Assembly (NCBI GenBank): GCA_021784575.1
Contig: JAJYHX010000001.1
Location: 413,917-477,916, forward strand
Origin: Nitrospirota bacterium
GTDB lineage: Bacteria > Nitrospirota > JACRHJ01
DNA length: 64,000 bases
Direction: 5' to 3'
Shown here: one piece after another, positions 58,115 to 64,000 of the stretch
Numbering within the stretch: the first letter of the stretch is position 1
Layout: the number at the start of each line of letters is the position of its first letter
The notes under the pieces: model-generated
What the model was told of the DNA's origin: nothing
The model's database searches: none
What the model saw: only the letters and a program-made list of their open reading frames with translations
Made by a program: the position numbers and the translations under genes

Positions 58115-58866
58115 AGAACAGACTAATAAGCCCCCGGACTATCGCTCTTAGGATTGAAGGCGAGAAAATACCCGCCGAAAAACTCCGCCGCGCTATTGGC
58201 GATTTCTTTAATTTTCTTGATGAGGCAAGCGCAAATGTAACTGGCAGACGAAAGCCAATAGAATGGCTTGTGACTGTCAAGAAGGGAAGCGCTATCTTTG
58301 CCGCCGATCCTGCAATTAAAGGTAAGGTAAAACCAAATACCGTGAATGATGTTTTTAAAGCAGTAGAAAACGGAATCGATGTTTTAGAAAGAGGGAAGGG
58401 GCGTCCCAAAATACTTAGCGATAAGGCTTTGGAATACTATCAACATTTGGCTATTAGCCCTTCTGTGAGGGGGGAAGAAGGAATAATAGGTATAAGTGTC
58501 ATTATTGACGAAAGGGAACCTTTAAAATTAACCAAACACGCAGTTGAGCATATAGACGAGATATTGGGGACGCACTCTAAAGCTTTAGGCTCCGTGGAAG
58601 GACAGCTTTTAACCATCTCTGAAAGAGGAAGTTTAAAAGTAGTAATATATGAAGCTCTAACGGATAGAGCGATTGACTGCCATATAGATGATTTTATGCT
58701 TGAGGATGCCATGAACGCCTTTGGGAAAAGGGTTTATGTTTACGGTCTGATTAGTTATAACAAGCAAGGACTACCAAATAGAATAATAGTTGAAGATATG
58801 CGGATATTTCCAGAGGATGAAGCCATACCTACCGCCCGTGAGATTTGTGGACTCTTAGGAGCCTAA
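58111..58866 (+). CDS. Hypothetical passenger protein, possible C-terminal OB-fold; putative antitoxin/sensor
   Basis: Overlaps transposase stop, ends 1 nt before PIN gene; GSVEG-L...C...KRVYVYG beta-rich C-terminus. Confidence 0.7.
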   Translation: MKNRLISPRTIALRIEGEKIPAEKLRRAIGDFFNFLDEASANVTGRRKPIEWLVTVKKGSAIFAADPAIKGKVKPNTVNDVFKAVENGIDVLERGKGRPKILSDKALEYYQHLAISPSVRGEEGIIGISVIIDEREPLKLTKHAVEHIDEILGTHSKALGSVEGQLLTISERGSLKVVIYEALTDRAIDCHIDDFMLEDAMNAFGKRVYVYGLISYNKQGLPNRIIVEDMRIFPEDEAIPTAREICGLLGA

Positions 58867-58867
58867 T

Positions 58868-59344
58868 TTGCCGCCACAGAGAAGATACTGGGATTCAGAT
58901 TGTTTTTTGGCTTATCTTGGAGAAGATACCGGAAAACGCGGTAAATGCTTAGGTGTGCTTGATGCCGCCGAAAAAGGTGATGTGCTGATAATTACCTCCG
59001 CCCTTACCATTGCAGAGGTCGTTTATCTCAAAGGCAATCCTAAAATTACTCCCGAAAAATCTGATAAAATTTGCCGCTTTTTCGAAAACAAATATATCCA
59101 GCCAATTAACTTAGACCGTTATCTCGCTGAAGAAGCAAGACAACTCTTGTGGATACACCCGGCACTAAAACCAAAAGATGCAATTCATGTGGCGAGCGCT
59201 ATCCGCGCAAAAGTCCATTTGATGGACACTTTCGATAAATATCTTATTGGATTAAGTGGTAAAATAGGAGACAATCCTCTTATTATTGGAGAGCCAAACA
59301 TACCCTATGAAGAAGATATGTTTAAAGGACTCGAAGAAAACTAA
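58868..59344 (+). CDS. PIN-domain (VapC-like) nuclease
   Basis: YWDSD, SALTIAEV, KDAIHVASA, TFD acidic catalytic pattern. Confidence 0.85.
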   Translation: MPPQRRYWDSDCFLAYLGEDTGKRGKCLGVLDAAEKGDVLIITSALTIAEVVYLKGNPKITPEKSDKICRFFENKYIQPINLDRYLAEEARQLLWIHPALKPKDAIHVASAIRAKVHLMDTFDKYLIGLSGKIGDNPLIIGEPNIPYEEDMFKGLEEN

Positions 59345-59489
59345 GGAAAAACATAAGGGGGCCGAGAAGCCCATCTCCCTTTATCCCCTCGGTTTCGAGG
59401 ATGCTATGAAGGCTATTCTTCAAACCCCGCATGAGTCAAAGCGCGTAAGTCCTAAAAAACAAAAAGAAAAAAAAGGTAAGCAAGGGTAA
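59307..59489 (+). CDS. Small basic ORF inside the IS
   Basis: KPISLYPLGFEDAMKAILQ; overlaps PIN 3' end; start uncertain. Confidence 0.35.
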   Translation: MKKICLKDSKKTKEKHKGAEKPISLYPLGFEDAMKAILQTPHESKRVSPKKQKEKKGKQG

Positions 59490-59633
59490 TTTCTTCTATA
59501 TCTGTTAGAATTCGCTCCTATTCCCTTCCCGCTTGGGTTTGTCAAATATACAATCGCGATATTTATCGATAAGCAAGGCCCCGTTTTGCAACTATTTGAG
59601 AAATAAGGGTAAATTTGTGCTATATTTTGAGAT

Positions 59634-60152
59634 ATGGACAGGGATATAAGAGAAGCCCGCGACAAGGCCGTCGATGCCTTGGCCGTGGCAATAGGGTTTT
59701 GGGGAATCGACCCCCTTGAGGCGCGCATCTGGGGTTTCCTTTTCCTTTCGCGGGCGCCGCTCTGCCTGACAGGGCTGGCAGAGAGCTTAAGCGCCGACGC
59801 GCAGGCGGTGGAAGCCAAGCTTAACCTGTTGAAAAGGCTGGGCGCAGTGAAGGAATCCGCGCAGTCGCCGGGGCGGGATAAGTGCTTCGAGGCGGAGGCG
59901 GATTTCTTCCGGATACTGCAAACCGTCCTGAAGGAGCGCCGCGAAAAGGAAATGGGATCGGCCCTCCAGGAGATCTGCGACCAGCGCGCGTATGTGGAAT
60001 ACCGCTATGACGAGGAAAAAGCCCCGGAGCTTAAGTTCATGGCGGAACGTCTGGAGAAGCTCGAAGGTTTTATACACCTGATAGACCGCGCGATGTTCGG
60101 GCTTAGGACTTTTGCCGGGATAAGGGGCATGTTCCGGGGGCGTGAGAAATGA
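59634..60152 (+). CDS. GbsR/MarR-like winged-helix regulator
   Basis: FWG...ARIWGFLFLS..PL-L..LAE-L, F-AE-DF. Confidence 0.75.
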   Translation: MDRDIREARDKAVDALAVAIGFWGIDPLEARIWGFLFLSRAPLCLTGLAESLSADAQAVEAKLNLLKRLGAVKESAQSPGRDKCFEAEADFFRILQTVLKERREKEMGSALQEICDQRAYVEYRYDEEKAPELKFMAERLEKLEGFIHLIDRAMFGLRTFAGIRGMFRGREK

Positions 60153-60159
60153 AATTTCC

Positions 60160-60188
60160 TTGACAGGGTAAATAGATACAAATATACT
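60160..60188 (+). promoter_or_regulatory. Sigma70 promoter, probably leaderless
   Basis: TTGACA-N17-TATACT, 7 nt before ATG 60196. Confidence 0.75.
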
Positions 60189-60195
60189 CGGGCGT

Positions 60196-61170
60196 ATGAA
60201 ATATATAAACGAGCTGTCGGAGGGCGAGAGGATTGAGTCCGTATTTGCCGCAACGGAAAAGCAGCTCAAAAAGACAAGGGCGGGGAAGCCGTTTCTTTCT
60301 TTTCGGCTGGCGGACAAGACCGGGAGCGTCGAGTCCGTAGCCTGGGACAATGCCGAGGCCCTTGCGCTGAAGTTTGAAAAGGGCGATATTGTGGCCGTCC
60401 GGGCCGAGGCGGGCTCGTATAACGGCAGCCTACAGCTGACAGTCAGGGACATAAAGAAGGTTCAGGCGCCGGACGAGTACCTGTCCCGAATTCTGCCGAC
60501 GACGGACAGGGACGTCGAGGCCATGCTCTCGGAGCTTAAGGCGGCGGCGCAGGGCGTAGGGACGGGCTGGTTAAGGGAACTCATGCAGGGTTTCCTTGAC
60601 GATTCCGCGTTCATGGACGCGTTCAAGAAAGCCCCGGCGGCCAAGGGAATGCACCATGTATTCGCCGGAGGACTGCTCCAGCACACGCTGAAGGTCGTGC
60701 GGCTCGTGAGGCTGATATTCGAGGAATATAGCGCCTCCGACCCGCTGGTCGCCTCTATGACAGACAAAGACCTCCTCGTCGCGGGGGCCTTCCTGCACGA
60801 CATCGGCAAGATAGAGGAACTCTCTCCCGGCGCGGGGTTCGATTACACCTTCCGCGGCAGGCTCATCGGGCATGTGACGCTCGGGCTTATGGCCCTCAAG
60901 GATAGGCTGGACGGGATAAAAAACATAGACAGGGAAAAAGCTGACCTGCTCATGCACATGGTAATATCCCATCACGGCAGTCTCGAATACGGCTCGCCCA
61001 AGATGCCGATGTGCATGGAGGCCATGATACTGCACTACGCGGACAACCTCGACGCGAAGCTACAGGGCCTGGCCGAGTTCGCGGACAAGGACGTCCAGGA
61101 CGGGAAGTTCACGGCCTGGCACAGGCTCTACGAGCGGCAGTTCTATAAAGGCGGCGATACGGACCGGTAA
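60196..61170 (+). CDS. yhaM: YhaM/Cbf1-family OB-fold + HD 3'-5' exoribonuclease
   Basis: L-DKTG, PAAKGMHH, GGLLQHT, LHDIGK, GHV, SHHG, HYADNLDAK. Confidence 0.9.
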   Translation: MKYINELSEGERIESVFAATEKQLKKTRAGKPFLSFRLADKTGSVESVAWDNAEALALKFEKGDIVAVRAEAGSYNGSLQLTVRDIKKVQAPDEYLSRILPTTDRDVEAMLSELKAAAQGVGTGWLRELMQGFLDDSAFMDAFKKAPAAKGMHHVFAGGLLQHTLKVVRLVRLIFEEYSASDPLVASMTDKDLLVAGAFLHDIGKIEELSPGAGFDYTFRGRLIGHVTLGLMALKDRLDGIKNIDREKADLLMHMVISHHGSLEYGSPKMPMCMEAMILHYADNLDAKLQGLAEFADKDVQDGKFTAWHRLYERQFYKGGDTDR

Positions 61171-61190
61171 ACAACGGGCGGCGGAAACTC

Positions 61191-61739
61191 ATGAACCTGC
61201 CGAACATCATTACCCTCTTGAGAATCGCGCTTGTCCCGGTCTTCCTCGCCTTTCTTATCCAGAACAGGTACGGCCTCGCCATCGGCGTTTTCATCGTTGC
61301 CGGGCTGACGGACGCAATCGACGGCGCCATTGCCCGGATGATGAACAAAAAGACCAGCCTGGGCGCGCTGCTCGACCCGCTTGCGGACAAGCTCCTCGTC
61401 CTCACGGCGTTCGTCGCCCTGGCCCTGACGGGCAGGCTTCCGCTCTGGCTCGCGGGAGCGGTGATAGCAAGGGACGCGGCGATTGTCGCCGGATGGCTGT
61501 ATCTTAGCAGGTTCGGCTCCCGGGAGTCCCTCCGGCCCACAGCGCTCGGGAAGCTTACGACGTTCATGCTCATAGTGCTGATTATGGCCGCCCTCGCCGG
61601 GCTGTATACGGGACGCGGGCCCGCCCTGACGGAATATCTTTTATGGCCTGCGGCCATGCTCCTGGCCGCATCGGGACTGCATTACATCATCCGGGGTTTC
61701 AGGATCATACATGGTAAAAAAGATAATCTGGCAGGCTGA
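61191..61739 (+). CDS. CDP-alcohol phosphatidyltransferase (PgsA-like)
   Basis: NLPNIITLLR, TDAIDGAIAR, GALLDPLADK. Confidence 0.9.
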   Translation: MNLPNIITLLRIALVPVFLAFLIQNRYGLAIGVFIVAGLTDAIDGAIARMMNKKTSLGALLDPLADKLLVLTAFVALALTGRLPLWLAGAVIARDAAIVAGWLYLSRFGSRESLRPTALGKLTTFMLIVLIMAALAGLYTGRGPALTEYLLWPAAMLLAASGLHYIIRGFRIIHGKKDNLAG

Positions 61740-62790
61740 CCTCGCGGTATTCATCTTCCTGGCCCTTTTTTTCATGCTCGCGTGGGCGCTCGGCGCTTCC
61801 ATAACCCCGTTCGTCCTGGCGCTTCTTTTTGCATACATACTGAACCCGGCCGTGCGCTTCCTCGAAAGGCGCGGCGTGCCGAGAGGCGCCGGCGCGGCCA
61901 TTTTCTCCGTTTTGCTCTTCGCCGCCCTTGCCGGGGTCCTGTTCGGGGCGGTATATGTCCTGATGAGGGAAATCACGCAACTCGTGAACAACATCCCGGC
62001 GTATATCTACACGTTCAAAAACGAGTATTTCCCGTACATCAGCCGCGCGCTTGGACTTGGGCCGGCGTATGATTTCAACACGCTCATCGGAAAGCTTAAG
62101 GCGCAGGTCTCGAATCTCTCGCCGGAGTCCTTCGCGTCGGCGTTCGGGCATGTCCTCGGCATCGTCGCCGGGACGCTCAATGTCTTCTTCCTTATCCTGG
62201 CGCTGTTCCTGATACCGATATTCATGATATACCTGCTTATGTCCTGGAACGACATGAAGCAGAACGCGCTCGCGATGATGCCGGAGGGGTATCGTGAATA
62301 TATCGTCGGGAAGCTTGGCGAGGTGGAGGCGGTTCTGAGGGACTTCGTCAAGGGACAGCTCCTCGTGGCGCTGATAATGGGCGCGATGTATTGCGCGGGC
62401 TTCTATTTCGCGGGCGTGGACATGTCCGTGCTCGTCGGAATGGGCGGGGGCATTCTAAACCTCGTGCCGTATCTCGGCACGACCGTGGCGGGCCTCACCG
62501 CCGTCGTCCTCGCGCTCCTCAAGTATCACGATATACTCCACCCGCTTATAGTTGTAGGCATAATGGCATTTGTCCAGGCGATGGAAGGTTATATCATCAC
62601 GCCGAAGGTAATCGGGCACAGGCTCGGGCTGCATCCGCTTATCATTATCCTCTCGCTCCTTGTGCTTGGGAAGCTGTTCGGCTTCGTGGGGATACTGCTG
62701 GCCGTGCCGATAGCCGCGGTCATAAAGGTCTTTCTGGCGGGTTTCGTTACGAGCTACTGGGAATCGAAGTTTTATACGGGCAAGCCGTAA
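61711..62790 (+). CDS. AI-2E/PerM-family transporter
   Basis: AYILNP, GQL, VPYLG, EGYIITPKVIG..LGLHP, G.LLAVP. Confidence 0.9.
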   Translation: MVKKIIWQADLAVFIFLALFFMLAWALGASITPFVLALLFAYILNPAVRFLERRGVPRGAGAAIFSVLLFAALAGVLFGAVYVLMREITQLVNNIPAYIYTFKNEYFPYISRALGLGPAYDFNTLIGKLKAQVSNLSPESFASAFGHVLGIVAGTLNVFFLILALFLIPIFMIYLLMSWNDMKQNALAMMPEGYREYIVGKLGEVEAVLRDFVKGQLLVALIMGAMYCAGFYFAGVDMSVLVGMGGGILNLVPYLGTTVAGLTAVVLALLKYHDILHPLIVVGIMAFVQAMEGYIITPKVIGHRLGLHPLIIILSLLVLGKLFGFVGILLAVPIAAVIKVFLAGFVTSYWESKFYTGKP

Positions 62791-62793
62791 AAT

Positions 62794-64000
62794 ATGGTCA
62801 AGGGTCTTAAAATCATCGGCGTGGAGGCGGGCGGCACGGCTCTTGATGTCGGAATAGGGGAGGGGGACAGGATAATCTCCATAAACTCCGCGCCCGTGCC
62901 CGACTACCTCGCGTACCGCTATCTTATCGCCTCGGAGGAAGTCGTCCTGCTGGTCGGGAAGAAGTCCGGCGGTGAAGTCGAGATAGAGATTGAAAAAGAC
63001 GAGGACGACGACCTGGGGATTATCCCCGCCCCGATGAAGGTGCGCTCCTGCAACAACCGGTGCGTGTTCTGTTTCGTGGAGCAGATGCCGAAGGGCCTGA
63101 GGCGGACCCTTTATGTTAAGGACGAGGATTATCTCCACAGCTTCCTGTACGGCAACTACATCACGCTTACGACGCTGAAGGACGTGGATTACGAGCGTAT
63201 AATCCGCGAGCGCCTCTCGCCGCTTTACGTCTCCGTCCACGCCACGGACGACGGCCTCCGCCGCTTCCTGCTCGGGAACTGCAAGGCCCCATCCATTCTC
63301 GACGGCATAAAGAAACTGACGGAAGGCGGCATAGTCCTTCATACGCAGGCGGTTGTCGCTCCGGGGATAAACGACGGCGCGGCGCTTGTCAGGACGGTGG
63401 AGGATATGGCGGTTTTTTATCCCGGCGTGCAGTCTATTGCGGTAGTTCCCGTGGGGCTTACAAGGCACAGGGAAAGGCTCTATCCGCTCCGGACGTTCAC
63501 GAAAAGGGAGGCCGCGCGCCTCCTCGACGGGTTGGAGCCGCTCAGGAAGAAGTGCAGAAGGAAATTCGGCGTAAGTTTCGTATATCCGTCGGACGAATTT
63601 TATCTGAAGGCCGGGCGGGATTTCCCGAAGGCCGGGGAATACGACGGCTACCCTCAGTTCGACAACGGTGTCGGGCTGACGCGGGATTTTCTGGACGAGT
63701 TTAAGCAGATTGGGAAAAGAGGCGCCTCCATTGCCTGTAATTCCGAGCGACAGCGAAGAATCCACCGTTACCCCCCTCTCAAGATAAGAGGGGGGACAGG
63801 GGGGCGTTATGGAGTCAGGAAGATAATCCTCATAACCGGCAAATCTTTTGCGCCGATTCTGAAAACCATCGCAAAGGAAATCGAGACGATGAACGGCCTG
63901 AAACTTTCCGTCCTGCCGGTAAAGAACAATTTATTCGGCGGGAAGGTGACGGTCGCCGGGCTTCTGTCCGGCGGGGACATAATAGCGGCCCTGAAGGGCA
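62794..64000 (+). CDS. DUF512 PDZ/radical-SAM-like Fe-S protein, truncated by window edge; absent from ORF track
   Basis: ATG 62794; CNNRCVFC, LYVKDED, PGINDG, VVPVGLT, SDEFY, NGVG, VTVAGLL. Confidence 0.88.
   Translation, partial: MVKGLKIIGVEAGGTALDVGIGEGDRIISINSAPVPDYLAYRYLIASEEVVLLVGKKSGGEVEIEIEKDEDDDLGIIPAPMKVRSCNNRCVFCFVEQMPKGLRRTLYVKDEDYLHSFLYGNYITLTTLKDVDYERIIRERLSPLYVSVHATDDGLRRFLLGNCKAPSILDGIKKLTEGGIVLHTQAVVAPGINDGAALVRTVEDMAVFYPGVQSIAVVPVGLTRHRERLYPLRTFTKREAARLLDGLEPLRKKCRRKFGVSFVYPSDEFYLKAGRDFPKAGEYDGYPQFDNGVGLTRDFLDEFKQIGKRGASIACNSERQRRIHRYPPLKIRGGTGGRYGVRKIILITGKSFAPILKTIAKEIETMNGLKLSVLPVKNNLFGGKVTVAGLLSGGDIIAALKG
63736..63812 (+). repeat. Palindromic repeats inserted in frame within the DUF512 gene
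   Basis: CCCCTCTCAAGATAAGAGGGG...GGGGCGTTATG matches intergenic copy at 23469-23508. Confidence 0.75.

Larger units (their letters stand above)
57097..59558 (+). mobile_element. IS1595-family element with passenger genes
   Basis: IRL 57097-57122 and IRR 59533-59558 (23/26 match); 8-bp direct repeat ATATTTAT at 57089-57096 and 59559-59566; AT-rich relative to host. Confidence 0.93.

Overview
GC-rich bacterial chromosome window. Gene content and order suggest an anaerobic Nitrospirota- or Desulfobacterota-like organism (inference). Housekeeping blocks: start of a Cus/Czc-type efflux operon, a CoA-substrate activase with pncB/pncA-like genes, iscS-iscU, argD-argF-argG-argH, an ECF sigma/anti-sigma/DUF3106 locus, ffh-rpsP-khpA-rimM-trmD-RNA MTase-rplS-rnhB, and yhaM-pgsA-like-AI-2E-DUF512. 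The main accessory feature is a ~24 kb co-oriented cluster (32607-56624) with four multiheme cytochromes carrying 52 canonical CxxCH motifs by manual count. Two of them are colinear 14-heme paralogs with an OmcE-like N-terminus. The cluster also encodes three NHL beta-propellers, a PpiC chaperone, a CsgG/PelC-like lipoprotein, a putative beta-barrel and a DUF2723 (TMEM260-like) glycosyltransferase, so it is a candidate new cytochrome-nanowire/extracellular electron transfer system. A complete IS1595-family element (57097-59558; 26-bp IRs, 8-bp TSD) carries a PIN nuclease and an uncharacterised 251-aa partner. Smaller signals: an exported polycationic protein sharing an ECF promoter with the neighbouring sigma factor, an ACG in place of an expected ATG start, probable leaderless genes, and palindromic repeats, one in frame inside a gene. 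No rRNA, tRNA or CRISPR array was recognised. All family calls come from manual motif recognition, not database searches.
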